From contig JACQDV010000007.1 in assembly GCA_016200915.1 (NCBI GenBank), forward strand, positions 15,273 to 79,272: 64,000 bases of DNA, read 5' to 3'. This DNA comes from Sphingobacteriales bacterium. GTDB taxonomy: Bacteria > Bacteroidota > Bacteroidia > Chitinophagales > Chitinophagaceae. Below the pieces are notes generated by a model that worked only from the letters and a program-made list of their open reading frames with translations, did no database searches and was not told the origin of the DNA. The translations under genes and the position numbers were made by a program. This document shows, piece after piece, positions 1 to 10,002 of this stretch; position 1 is the first letter of the stretch; each line of letters starts with the position of its first letter.

Positions 1-459
1 AATGACACTTCGTTAAAGACAACTCCGATATCTATTGCAGATTCTTTAAAACAATTACCGGAGAATGCTAAAGATTCAATAATAAGCGAAGAACTCAGGC
101 ATGATACAACAGGTAAAAAAGATTTTTTAGCAAGAGTAATATCTCCGGTGAATCATTCTTTATCGGCAATTGGAGTAATTGTTATTTATAAAACAGTTTT
201 TGGCAAAATTGTTATTTGTGCAAGCATGGTCATTTCATTGTTTCTTTTATTTGGAATCAGACTGATCAGGCGAAACGAGAAATTAATAATGGGACTTAGT
301 ATTATAAATGTTGCCTGTGTTCTTTTATTTGTGATAGATAGTTATTCCAATAAAGTTGATTTATTATGGGGAGCCTGGGTCTTATTGTGCTCTGTACTTA
401 TTTCCTTCATCATACAAAAATTTTCTTTTAAAAAGAATCAGGCAATGCATTCACAATGA
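1..459 (+). CDS. Partial CDS (C-terminal part, 5' end outside window); hydrophobic membrane-protein tail
   Basis: Frame 1 is open from position 1 into the 148..459 ORF; multiple hydrophobic helices; no recognisable motif. Confidence 0.3.
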   Translation, partial: NDTSLKTTPISIADSLKQLPENAKDSIISEELRHDTTGKKDFLARVISPVNHSLSAIGVIVIYKTVFGKIVICASMVISLFLLFGIRLIRRNEKLIMGLSIINVACVLLFVIDSYSNKVDLLWGAWVLLCSVLISFIIQKFSFKKNQAMHSQ

Positions 460-701
460 TGCATTTCAAATTTTCGCAGCACTTGAATTTCTATTTTACA
501 AATTGCAGGTTGTTTATCCCCTCCCTGGGAGGGGCAAGGCCATCTAAAATAAAATTATGTTTAAAAGGGGTGGGTGATGGAAACGAAAATTTGAAATGCA
601 CCCGATTCACAATAAGCGGATAAACCCCATAAAAAATTTCCTACCTTGTAATAACAGAATCGCTTGCTGAACGTTTATATAGCATACGCTGTCTGTACCA
701 A

Positions 702-2963
702 TTGCTGCCTCTTATGAAAGAATTCTTCATCGGACTATATCGCTCCCTTCCTGTTCAGCTGGTATTACTGCATTTCAGAAGATACCAGGTGTTGTTATTA
801 TTTTGGCTGATTGTAGTAGGAGCTGTGTCCGGAAATTTCATGAAGAATTTTGGAGTGGATTCTTTATTCCTTGCACCCGAATATTTAGGAAAAGTAAACT
901 GGATCAGCACGGCTATTACAGGCATAGCCACCGGTGTATTTTTTATGAGCTGGAACATCACCACCTTTATCATGTTCAGCCGCCACTTTCGTTTTTTAGC
1001 CACCACTTCCAAACCATTTTTAAAATACTGTATTAATAATGCTGTTATACCTGCAGTGTATCTTATTTTTTATTTTGTATGTGCCATACAGTATGAGCAT
1101 TACAAAGAAGATCTATCGGTTGGTGAAATAATTTCATTAACCGGTGGGTTTTTAGCAGGATTAATTTTATTACTGCTTATTTCATTCGCTTATTTCTTTA
1201 GTGCCGACAGAACGATCATCCGGCAAATGGCGCCCATAATGAATGATCCCAAACAATTATTAGAAAAAGAAGGTCATCACCGTTGGAGTCCGGGAGTTTT
1301 TCATGTTGAGTGGTATTTAAGTGGCCGGCTTCGTTTGCGTAAAACAAGAGATGTTTCCCATTACAGCCGTACATTTTTAGAAAGCGTTTTTAAACGGCAT
1401 CACTTTTCTGCTATCATATCAATATTAATGGCGTTTTTGTTTTTGCTGGGTTTGGGATTTTTTATGGATAATAAAGCATTTCAGGCACCGGCTGCTGCCA
1501 GCATACTCATCTTCTTTTCTATATTAATTGCAGCAGTTGGTTCATTGTCTTACTGGTTAGGTAGTTGGGCTTTTCCCTTTGTGATCGTGTTGATCATTGT
1601 TTTTAATTTTTTATTCCGTTATGATATTATTGATCCACGTAACAGGGCCTTTGGTTTAAACTATGATAACAAAACAGAGAGACCAGGATATAACCGGGAT
1701 GCTTTACTGCAATTATCATCAGCGCAAAACATGGAGAAGGATAAACAACAAATGTTACAGGTGCTGGAAAACTGGAAGAAGAAACAGGGAGTGAAAAAGC
1801 CGGTAATGTATATTCTTAATTTCAGCGGTGGTGGTAACCGCTCTGCCTGTTTTGCCATGAATGTATTACAACATTTAGATAGTGTAACACATGGCGAACT
1901 GATGAAAAGAACATTTTTAATGACTGGTGCATCTGGTGGAATGCTGGGAGCAACTTATTTCCGTGAATTATATTTAAGAAATATACAAGGAGCAAAATAT
2001 GATTTGCAGGATGATGCATTGCCCGATAACATCAGCAAAGATTTATTGAATCCTTTATTTTCTTCTTTTATTTCAAGAGACCTCATTGCTCCGGCAGAAA
2101 AATTTAACGTAGGGCCATATCGTTATGTGAAGGACAGAGCCTATGCATTTGAACAACAACTTAACGATAATGCCGGCGGAATATTAGACAGGCAATTGAA
2201 AGATTATGAACCATTGGAAAGAAATGCAATTATTCCGTTAATGATCTTCAATTCAACAGTAACATTGGATGGAAGAAAGATGATGACGAGCACACAACCC
2301 ATCCGTTTTTTAATGCGTACACAACCTGATACAGCCAGTGGTGTTTATGGCGAACCGGATGCAATAGACTTTTGCCTGTTCTTTCAAAAACAAAATCCTT
2401 ACAACCTGCGATTGCTCACTGCTATGCGTACCAATGCAAGCTTTCCGTATGTGCTGCCAAGTGTATGGTTGCCTACTAAACCGGTTATTGATGTAATGGA
2501 TGCCGGTTTAAGAGATAATTACGGACAGGAAACCACTTTGCGTTTTTTAGATGTTTTTAAAGATTGGTTAAACGTTAATACGAGTGGCGTAGTTCAAATC
2601 CAGGTTCGTGACCGTAAGAGTGGCGAATGGCAAAATGATTTTGGTGATCCCGGAATATTACAGGCTATCACCAAACCTGCTACTATTCTTCAATACAACT
2701 GGCATAAACTTTCTGATTATTACCAGGAAGAACTAACGGCTTATGCTGGTAACAGTTTTCAATTTCCTTTTCAGCGGGTAGTATTTGCTTATATACCGGA
2801 GCAGCAGGAAAAAACCGCTGCACTTAATTTTCATTTAACCAATATAGAAAAGAAAGATATTGCAGAAGCGATGCACTCACCGGTCAATCAGCAGGCATTA
2901 CAGATCATTCATAATATGCAGATCGTTACTAATCCTGCACCACCTGTTAAGAAGGCTGAATAA
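702..2963 (+). CDS. Patatin-like phospholipase with N-terminal multi-TM region
   Basis: Patatin oxyanion motif FSGGGNRSA, serine lipase GxSxG (TGASGG), DGA/G dyad motif (DAGLRDNYG); N-terminal ~300 aa hydrophobic helices. Confidence 0.8.
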   Translation: MLPLMKEFFIGLYRSLPVQLVLLHFRRYQVLLLFWLIVVGAVSGNFMKNFGVDSLFLAPEYLGKVNWISTAITGIATGVFFMSWNITTFIMFSRHFRFLATTSKPFLKYCINNAVIPAVYLIFYFVCAIQYEHYKEDLSVGEIISLTGGFLAGLILLLLISFAYFFSADRTIIRQMAPIMNDPKQLLEKEGHHRWSPGVFHVEWYLSGRLRLRKTRDVSHYSRTFLESVFKRHHFSAIISILMAFLFLLGLGFFMDNKAFQAPAAASILIFFSILIAAVGSLSYWLGSWAFPFVIVLIIVFNFLFRYDIIDPRNRAFGLNYDNKTERPGYNRDALLQLSSAQNMEKDKQQMLQVLENWKKKQGVKKPVMYILNFSGGGNRSACFAMNVLQHLDSVTHGELMKRTFLMTGASGGMLGATYFRELYLRNIQGAKYDLQDDALPDNISKDLLNPLFSSFISRDLIAPAEKFNVGPYRYVKDRAYAFEQQLNDNAGGILDRQLKDYEPLERNAIIPLMIFNSTVTLDGRKMMTSTQPIRFLMRTQPDTASGVYGEPDAIDFCLFFQKQNPYNLRLLTAMRTNASFPYVLPSVWLPTKPVIDVMDAGLRDNYGQETTLRFLDVFKDWLNVNTSGVVQIQVRDRKSGEWQNDFGDPGILQAITKPATILQYNWHKLSDYYQEELTAYAGNSFQFPFQRVVFAYIPEQQEKTAALNFHLTNIEKKDIAEAMHSPVNQQALQIIHNMQIVTNPAPPVKKAE

Positions 2964-3849
2964 GTTTGATAGCATTTCGCACCACCTTTACTTTAAATTC
3001 TTTGGCTGAATCTTTTGGATCACCATCAATATGAAAAGGAGCCGCTGATAAATTCTTTATGGTGAGTGATGGTGTTTGAAAATAGATGATATTCTTTTTG
3101 TCGGAATAATCATTCACATTTTGCAAGGCATTAATACCAGCAAACTGTGCCAATACTGATAATGGCAGCATCAGCTTGTTCATCTTTTTTACAATAACGA
3201 TATCTAATAATCCATCACTCAAACTTGCTTTAGGTGCAATCTTCATATTGTTGCCAAACTGGTTGCTATTAGCAATACAAATAAACCAGGCACTGGTGTC
3301 AAAACTTTTTTCTTTCGACTGAATACTGAAATTGTAAGGATTTGCTTTAAAATAATTAATAGCCGAAACTTTTATATACGTCTGCAATCCACGTTTTTTT
3401 TGTTTGGCAAAATCATGTGCCACCTGTGCATCAAAACCCAACCCGCAAAGCATACAGGAAAAATCATCGTTGATGTAAAAACCGTCAATAAACGAAGCTT
3501 TGCCATTAAACACAATCTCCAATGCTTTAACCGGAGCAGCAGGAATATTGGCCGCTAAAGCCAATCCATTACCACTGCCCATAGGAACGATGCCGATATT
3601 AATTTCAATATTTAATAATGCTGCTGATACTGCACTTACCGTTCCATCGCCTCCGCAAACAACAACATCTGTCACCCCATCTTTACTGATCTTATTTTTT
3701 AATACTTCGTATTTACCGGTTTTATCAGTATCCATTATTTCAAATGAAATGCCTGCTTCTTTTGTCTTGCGTTTGATCAGCTCTTTTAATTCAGCTTTGT
3801 CTTTAGTGCCGGAGATGGGATTGATGAGATAAACTATTTTTCTTGCCAT
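2947..3849 (-). CDS. Diacylglycerol kinase catalytic-domain lipid kinase (YegS/BmrU-like)
   Basis: DAGK_cat signature VVCGGDGTVSAV, glycine-rich GSGNG; ~300 aa. Confidence 0.85.
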   Translation of the reverse strand: MARKIVYLINPISGTKDKAELKELIKRKTKEAGISFEIMDTDKTGKYEVLKNKISKDGVTDVVVCGGDGTVSAVSAALLNIEINIGIVPMGSGNGLALAANIPAAPVKALEIVFNGKASFIDGFYINDDFSCMLCGLGFDAQVAHDFAKQKKRGLQTYIKVSAINYFKANPYNFSIQSKEKSFDTSAWFICIANSNQFGNNMKIAPKASLSDGLLDIVIVKKMNKLMLPLSVLAQFAGINALQNVNDYSDKKNIIYFQTPSLTIKNLSAAPFHIDGDPKDSAKEFKVKVVRNAIKLIQPS

Positions 3850-3928
3850 GATAAAATTGCCAGTATGATATATTATGCAAATTTAACCGTTTGATTCGTG
3901 TATATTTGCAATCATTCAATAACAAGTA

Positions 3929-5479
3929 TTGAAAAGAAGAATTAAATATTACCGGCTTATCTTTTTTCGTTACGACCTCCCCGCCGGTCTTTCTGTTTTT
4001 TTGGTTGCCCTTCCACTTTGTCTGGGTATTGCGTTGGCATCCGGCGCTCCTTTGTATGCAGGCATTTTATCAGGTGTTATTGGTGGTATTGTGATATCGC
4101 TCATCAGTAATTCGGCTTTGGGTGTGTCTGGTCCGGCTGCGGGATTATCAACTGTAGTAGCGGCAGCAATTTTATCGTTTGGCGATTATAAAATTTTTTT
4201 ACTCTCAGTAATGATTGCAGGTTTATTCCAGTTGGTGTTGGGATTATTAAAGCTTGGTGTAATTGCCAACTATTTTCCATCCGCTGTAATTAAAGGAATG
4301 CTGGCAGCCATTGGAATAATTCTTATCTCCAAACAAATTCCGGTTGCAATAGGATATGATCAGCCTGATTTCTGGACCAGCGGTTTTACTAGTTTATTTG
4401 AAACAAAAAACTTCTTTGGCAATATCCGCAACTTTGGCATACATGCCACAAGAGGGGCTATTATTGTAACCTTGGTTTCATTACTAATTCTTGTTTTATT
4501 TCAGAAAGGATATATAAAGAAGGTAAAACATGTTCCGGCGCCATTGGTGGCTGTTATTGCAGGGATACTCGTCAATTATATTTTCAGTTTGGCAACAGCA
4601 GGTTTAACACTGAAGCATACGCAACTGGTAAACATTCCTTCCAATATTTTCAGTCAAATTACTTTTCCTGATTTTACACAATTGTTTTCAAGAATGGATG
4701 TCTGGAAAACAGGAATCATCATTGGATTACTGGCCACCTTAGAAACATTGCTTTGTGTGGAAGCAATTGATAAGCTGGATATACATAACCGGGTAACTTC
4801 AGTAAACCGGGAGTTACTGGCACAGGGTGTTGGTAATATCGCTTGTGGTTTGCTTGGAGCGATTCCTGTTACGGCGGTCATAGTTCGTGGTTCAGCGAAT
4901 GTGGATGCCGGAGGACGAACAAAAATGTCAGCCTTTACGCATGGTGTGTTTCTTTTACTTACCGTTTTATTAATTCCATTTGCGCTGAATAAAATTCCAT
5001 ACGCTTCATTGGCTGCTGTATTATTAGTGACAGGATATAATCTTACCAAACCAAAACTTTATAAAAACATGTGGAGTTTAGGATGGAAACAATTTTTGCC
5101 ATTCATCTTCACCATCGTCATCATTTTACTGACTGATCTTTTAGTTGGTGTAAGTATTGGTTTGCTGATCTCAATCTACTTTATCATTCGTAATAACTTT
5201 AAAGCCGAATACAAGATTCAGAAAAGAAAACAGCATGAAACAGAAGTATTCTATATCAAACTGAACAGCAATGTTACTTTCCTGAATAAAGTAAAACTAA
5301 GGGATGCCTTAGATAAAATTCCTGAATACTCGGTATTAACGATAGATGGAACTGAATGTAATTTTATTGATTACGATATACTGGAGATCATCAGCGAGTT
5401 TGAAAACAAAGCTCATGACCGGCATATAGAAGTTCATCTCAACGGAATACAAAAAGTAAGTGTTACTGCCATACACTAA
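3929..5479 (+). CDS. SulP family inorganic anion (sulfate/bicarbonate) transporter with C-terminal STAS domain
   Basis: SulP N-terminal consensus (DLPAGLSV..ALPLCLGIALASGAP), ~11 TM helices, C-terminal STAS-like region. Confidence 0.9.
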   Translation: MKRRIKYYRLIFFRYDLPAGLSVFLVALPLCLGIALASGAPLYAGILSGVIGGIVISLISNSALGVSGPAAGLSTVVAAAILSFGDYKIFLLSVMIAGLFQLVLGLLKLGVIANYFPSAVIKGMLAAIGIILISKQIPVAIGYDQPDFWTSGFTSLFETKNFFGNIRNFGIHATRGAIIVTLVSLLILVLFQKGYIKKVKHVPAPLVAVIAGILVNYIFSLATAGLTLKHTQLVNIPSNIFSQITFPDFTQLFSRMDVWKTGIIIGLLATLETLLCVEAIDKLDIHNRVTSVNRELLAQGVGNIACGLLGAIPVTAVIVRGSANVDAGGRTKMSAFTHGVFLLLTVLLIPFALNKIPYASLAAVLLVTGYNLTKPKLYKNMWSLGWKQFLPFIFTIVIILLTDLLVGVSIGLLISIYFIIRNNFKAEYKIQKRKQHETEVFYIKLNSNVTFLNKVKLRDALDKIPEYSVLTIDGTECNFIDYDILEIISEFENKAHDRHIEVHLNGIQKVSVTAIH

Positions 5480-5482
5480 TTA

Positions 5483-5911
5483 TTACTGAACAGTTACAGA
5501 GCATAACAAATATCTCCTCACTCTTATCGAGGCTGCGATTTTAGGATCTGAAGGTTTTGCCATCGTATAAATGAAATATTTTTTCCCGGCTTCCAGTTTC
5601 TTTAATAAAGTCTGAATGAGTATCTGCTGCGTATTTGCTTTGGTGCTTTTACTTAATTCTGTTATTACATTATCCTTCTCGTCAGTAACAGTATAAGTTC
5701 TTATCCATGCTTTAGCTTGTTTCATATCTTTGATGGTGAGCAAGGCTTTTGCAGGATAGCCAGCCTTTAGTTTTATGACTAATTCTTTGCTGCTGTTATC
5801 TTCTTCGTGGTTGATGGTTAATTGTTTTTTATTATTTAATGAAATTACATGTTGCGCATTTACTGCAACTCCAATTATCATTAATAAAAACAAACCGAAT
5901 ATTTTTTTCAT
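5483..5911 (-). CDS. Hypothetical secreted protein (signal peptide)
   Basis: ORF track extends to 6067, but that upstream extension merely reads through the 36-bp tandem repeat. Likely real start is MKKIFGLFLLMIIGVAVNAQ at 5911 (signal peptide). Confidence 0.5.
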   Translation of the reverse strand: MKKIFGLFLLMIIGVAVNAQHVISLNNKKQLTINHEEDNSSKELVIKLKAGYPAKALLTIKDMKQAKAWIRTYTVTDEKDNVITELSKSTKANTQQILIQTLLKKLEAGKKYFIYTMAKPSDPKIAASIRVRRYLLCSVTVQ

Positions 5912-5936
5912 ATCAATAAATTTAATCTTACCATTT

Positions 5937-6008
5937 ATCGCCATTGTTGGCCGCCTGACCAACAATAAAACTATCGCCATTGTTGGTCGCCTGACCAACA
6001 ATAAAACT
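5937..6008. repeat. Two tandem 36-bp units, each with an internal hairpin TTGTTGG-N8-CCAACAA, abutting the fabH stop codon
   Basis: atcgccattgttgg(c/t)cgcctgaccaacaataaaact x2 with a single mismatch, seen directly. Confidence 0.9.
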
Positions 6009-6009
6009 G

Positions 6010-7062
6010 CTACCATTTCAATAAAGCACTGGCCCAGGTAAATCCACTTCCAAATGCGGCCAGACAAATTAAATCACCTTCTTTAATTTTTCCTTGCTGC
6101 CATGCCTCGCATAAGGCAATGGGCACAGAGGCTGCTGTGGTGTTGCCATACTTTTGAATATTGTTATACACCTGTTCATCTCTTAATCCTAATTTCTTTT
6201 GAACAAATTCGGCAATACGCAAATTGGCCTGGTGCGGAATAAGAAGTGTGAGGTCAGAAGTATGAAGATTATTTTTTGTTAATGCCTCCATTATCACTTC
6301 AGGAAATTTCACCACTGCTTTTTTAAATACCGCCGGCCCATCCATATTTGGAAATACCTGTGCTTTATCAATCATGCTATGACTAAAAAACATTTGTGCA
6401 ATTTCAGCTTCATCAAAATCAGCCAGCTTTTGATCTGTCCAGTGATTGGCATGTGTGCCGGGATTATACATCGCTAATATTTCAGCCGCTTCACCATCAC
6501 TATGCAAATGTGTACTTAAAATTCCAGAAGCACCATCTTCTTTTGCCGGTTGCAATACAACAGCACCGGCGCCGTCACCAAATATCACACTCACATTTCT
6601 CCCTCTCGTACTAAAATCCAAACCGAATGAATGTTTTTCACTGCCGATCACTAATATGTTTTTGTACATACCTGTTTTTATAAACTGATCAGCTACACTC
6701 AACGCATATACAAAACCGGAACATTGATTGCGTACATCTAATGCACCAATTTCTTTCATCTTCATTGCTCTTTGTACCAGCACACCACAACCGGGAAAAT
6801 AATAATCCGGACTTAAGGTAGCGAAGATGATGAAGTCAATATCCTGCGGAGTAATGCCGGCTCTTTCAATAGCAATTTTAGCAGCTTCCACACCCATCGT
6901 AGCCGTGGTTTCGTTGGTGCGATGAGCATAACGGCGTTCCTTAATTCCGGTACGTTCCTGTATCCATTCATCACTGGTGTCCATATATTTTGTAAGATCA
7001 TTATTGGTCACTATATGCTCCGGAACATACATACCAATGCCGGCAATTTTTGAACGATACAT
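6010..7062 (-). CDS. fabH: 3-oxoacyl-ACP synthase III (KAS III)
   Basis: N-terminal SKIAGIGMYVPE.., FabH family conservation; C-terminal GFGSGFTWAS motif; 350 aa. Confidence 0.95.
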   Translation of the reverse strand: MYRSKIAGIGMYVPEHIVTNNDLTKYMDTSDEWIQERTGIKERRYAHRTNETTATMGVEAAKIAIERAGITPQDIDFIIFATLSPDYYFPGCGVLVQRAMKMKEIGALDVRNQCSGFVYALSVADQFIKTGMYKNILVIGSEKHSFGLDFSTRGRNVSVIFGDGAGAVVLQPAKEDGASGILSTHLHSDGEAAEILAMYNPGTHANHWTDQKLADFDEAEIAQMFFSHSMIDKAQVFPNMDGPAVFKKAVVKFPEVIMEALTKNNLHTSDLTLLIPHQANLRIAEFVQKKLGLRDEQVYNNIQKYGNTTAASVPIALCEAWQQGKIKEGDLICLAAFGSGFTWASALLKW

Positions 7063-7184
7063 AGCAAGCGAATTTTAGCGGATAAAATTAGGGAAAGAAC
7101 TGCAATGAATAGCTGTCATTAATCAGTATTTAATCATTGTTTTTATTGAGGCTTTGTTTGTAATTTGAGTAACCAATTAGTTGT

Positions 7185-8219
7185 ATGGCAAATTTCAATA
7201 ACCGGATACGACAGGTACTGCTGATTGTTTTGCTTGTTGTACTGGCATTTTTGATCACCAGAGAATTATATGTTTTTCTCCCCGGCTTTTTAGGAGCGGT
7301 TACTTTATATATATTAAGCCGTGAGTGGTTTTTATATCTCACCGAAAAAAGAAAATGGAACGTTAATCTTTCTGCCACTATTTTTTTAATTGGTTTTTTG
7401 GTGCTGATTGGTTTGCCGGTATATATAACCGTGGTATTAATGACACCAAAAATTGAACATGTTTTTAATAATTCCCAGGAAGTGATTAAAGGTATTCAGG
7501 CAGTGTCTGCTCATTTAAACGAATGGACCGGCCGGGATTTATTAACAGATGAGAATTTTGCTGACATGCAAAAGCGTATTGCCAATTTCATCCCGGCTTT
7601 TCTAAACAGCACAGCGATAATTGCCGCCAACCTTGGTATTATGCTGTTTGTTTTCTTTTTTATGCTGAAGAATGCACGGCAAATGGAAAAATCATTGGGT
7701 GATTTTATTCCGCTGAGAGAAGATAATGTGAATATACTGGCTGCCGAAACAAAAAATATGGTTAAGGCAAATGCCATCGGTATTCCGTTAATTTCTATCG
7801 TTCAGGGAGTGTTTGCACTGATCGGTTATATGCTTTTTGGTGTAACTGATTATGTGCTGTGGGGGTTTATGACCGGCGTATTTGCCTTCTTTCCTATTGT
7901 AGGAACAATGATTATATGGGTTCCTTTAGTAGTGTACTTATTTGCCAACGGTCATAATGGACAAGGAATAGGATTAACTATTTATAGTTTGCTTGTTACC
8001 GGTAACGTAGATTATCTTGCCCGTATAACTTTAATGAGAAAGCTGGGAGATGTACATCCATTGGTAACAGTGTTGGGTGTAATTGTAGGATTGAGCTTGT
8101 TTGGTTTCTGGGGATTTATATTCGGCCCTTTACTGATCAGTTACTTTTTGTTGCTCTATAAAATTTATACCAGCGAATTTGGTCCGCTGCATGATGACAA
8201 TCCTCATTATCGTGGTTGA
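7185..8219 (+). CDS. AI-2E family transporter (PerM/YhhT-like permease)
   Basis: ~344 aa, 7-8 TM helices, typical AI-2E topology and length. Confidence 0.7.
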   Translation: MANFNNRIRQVLLIVLLVVLAFLITRELYVFLPGFLGAVTLYILSREWFLYLTEKRKWNVNLSATIFLIGFLVLIGLPVYITVVLMTPKIEHVFNNSQEVIKGIQAVSAHLNEWTGRDLLTDENFADMQKRIANFIPAFLNSTAIIAANLGIMLFVFFFMLKNARQMEKSLGDFIPLREDNVNILAAETKNMVKANAIGIPLISIVQGVFALIGYMLFGVTDYVLWGFMTGVFAFFPIVGTMIIWVPLVVYLFANGHNGQGIGLTIYSLLVTGNVDYLARITLMRKLGDVHPLVTVLGVIVGLSLFGFWGFIFGPLLISYFLLLYKIYTSEFGPLHDDNPHYRG

Positions 8220-8240
8220 TAGCGGAAACTTGTTTTAACT

Positions 8241-8720
8241 TTGCAAAAATTTGGCATTATGAGTTTGCAGAAAGATATTCACCAGTTGCGAAATTTCAGG
8301 AACGAATACCAGAAGGCGATTGTCAATATTGTGTTTACCCATAACTGGCTCACAGAAAAAATGAAATCATTTTTGGATAAGGAAGATATTACTCCCCAGC
8401 AATTCAATATTCTTCGCATCCTCCGTGGTGCATCACCTGAGCCGCTTTCCACCTTACAAATAAGAGAGCGGATGCTGGATAAAATGAGTGATACCAGCCG
8501 TATTGTTGATCGGTTGGTAGCAAAAGAACTGGTTAAAAAAACTTCCTGTAAAGCTGATAAACGTTTAGTGGATGTGGTAATAGCAGATAAGGGAAGAAAA
8601 TTGTTAGAGAAGTTAGATGAACTAAGCGATGAGATGGACGGAATAATTAACAATTTAACTGAAGCCGAAGCCAAAACATTAAATAAATTGCTGGACAAAG
8701 CAAGAGGATCTTCCAATTAA
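8241..8720 (+). CDS. MarR family transcriptional regulator
   Basis: Winged-HTH MarR signature (QFNILRIL..LSTLQIRERMLDKMSDTSRIVDRLVAKELVKK..DKR). Confidence 0.85.
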   Translation: MQKFGIMSLQKDIHQLRNFRNEYQKAIVNIVFTHNWLTEKMKSFLDKEDITPQQFNILRILRGASPEPLSTLQIRERMLDKMSDTSRIVDRLVAKELVKKTSCKADKRLVDVVIADKGRKLLEKLDELSDEMDGIINNLTEAEAKTLNKLLDKARGSSN

Positions 8721-8740
8721 TTTCACTTCAAACAAATTAT

Positions 8741-9940
8741 TTGCACATGCAGCCTATGAAGATTATGTGGCTACTGATTTCTATTTTTTCTTCACTATAT
8801 ACTTTCGCTCAACCAAAACAAGAATTCCGTGCAGCATGGATCGCTACGGTTGATAATACTGACTGGCCCAGCAAAGAAGCAGTTGGTAATGTTGAATTAC
8901 AAAAGAAAGAATTTATTGATCTGCTGGATATGCACAAACGAAATGGATTGAATGCAGTGATCGTACAAGTCCGTCCGGCAACTGATGCTCTTTATCATTC
9001 GCAATACGAACCATGGAGCGAATGGTTAACCGGTGTACAGGGCCTGCCACCAGTTCCTTATTATGATCCATTGCAATTCATGATTGAGGAAACGCATAAA
9101 AGAGGATTGGAATTTCATGCCTGGTGCAATCCTTACAGGGCAGAATTTAAGATCGGAGTGTCAACCATCAGTCCATCACATATTACAAAGATTCATCCCG
9201 GATGGTTTTTGGTATATGGTGATAAACGATATTTTGATCCGGGTAATAAAGAAGCACAGCAATATGTAACAATGGTGATCAAAGATATTGTGAGCAATTA
9301 CGATATTGATGCTATTCACCTCGATGATTACTTTTATCCATACAGAATTGCCGGTGTTGAATTTCCTGATGCTGATTCTTATAAAAAGTATGGTAATGGA
9401 ATGAGTAAAGAAGACTGGAGAAGAAGCAATGTAGATTCTATTATTGTGTTGCTGAGTAAAACGATTAAGCAGGTAAAACCTAAATGTCAGTTTGGTATAT
9501 CACCTTTTGGCGTATGGAGAAATAAAGACAAAGATCCAAATGGCAGCGATTCAAAAGCAGGTCAAACGAATTATGATGATCTGTATGCTGATATTTTATT
9601 ATGGTTAAGAAAAGGATTGATTGATTATGTAGCTCCGCAATTGTATTGGGAGTTTGGACATAAATCCGTTCCGTTTGAAGTAATGCTCAAATGGTGGAGT
9701 ACACATACGTACGGAAAGAATTGTTATATCGGTATTGGATTGTACCGTACCGGTGCCAATGCAGCATGGAAGGATAGTACGCAGTTACCAAGACAAATTG
9801 AAGCCATTCGCAAAACATCAAATGTGAGTGGAATGATTTTCTTCAGCAGTAAATCTTTTTTAAATAATCCCAATGGATGGAATGACAGTTTGCAGCAGCA
9901 TTATTTTAAAGAACCGGCAGTAGTTCCCGGAAGACATTAA
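8741..9940 (+). CDS. Glycoside-hydrolase-like family 10 (GHL10/DUF4015, YngK-type) lipoprotein
   Basis: Signal peptide; FRAAWIATVDNTDWPS start and TIM-barrel-like pattern typical of 'family 10 glycosylhydrolase' proteins. Confidence 0.65.
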   Translation: MHMQPMKIMWLLISIFSSLYTFAQPKQEFRAAWIATVDNTDWPSKEAVGNVELQKKEFIDLLDMHKRNGLNAVIVQVRPATDALYHSQYEPWSEWLTGVQGLPPVPYYDPLQFMIEETHKRGLEFHAWCNPYRAEFKIGVSTISPSHITKIHPGWFLVYGDKRYFDPGNKEAQQYVTMVIKDIVSNYDIDAIHLDDYFYPYRIAGVEFPDADSYKKYGNGMSKEDWRRSNVDSIIVLLSKTIKQVKPKCQFGISPFGVWRNKDKDPNGSDSKAGQTNYDDLYADILLWLRKGLIDYVAPQLYWEFGHKSVPFEVMLKWWSTHTYGKNCYIGIGLYRTGANAAWKDSTQLPRQIEAIRKTSNVSGMIFFSSKSFLNNPNGWNDSLQQHYFKEPAVVPGRH

Positions 9941-10002
9941 GGCGTAGTTGCCTGAGTAAAAATCTATTTTAATACCTTTGCCTCACAATAAAATAACAGC
10001 AT

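Noticed and set aside
356-547. 63-aa ORF overlapping the end of the partial 5' gene
   Set aside because: Out-of-frame overlap with a longer ORF, and it contains the palindromic element 518-534. Likely spurious.
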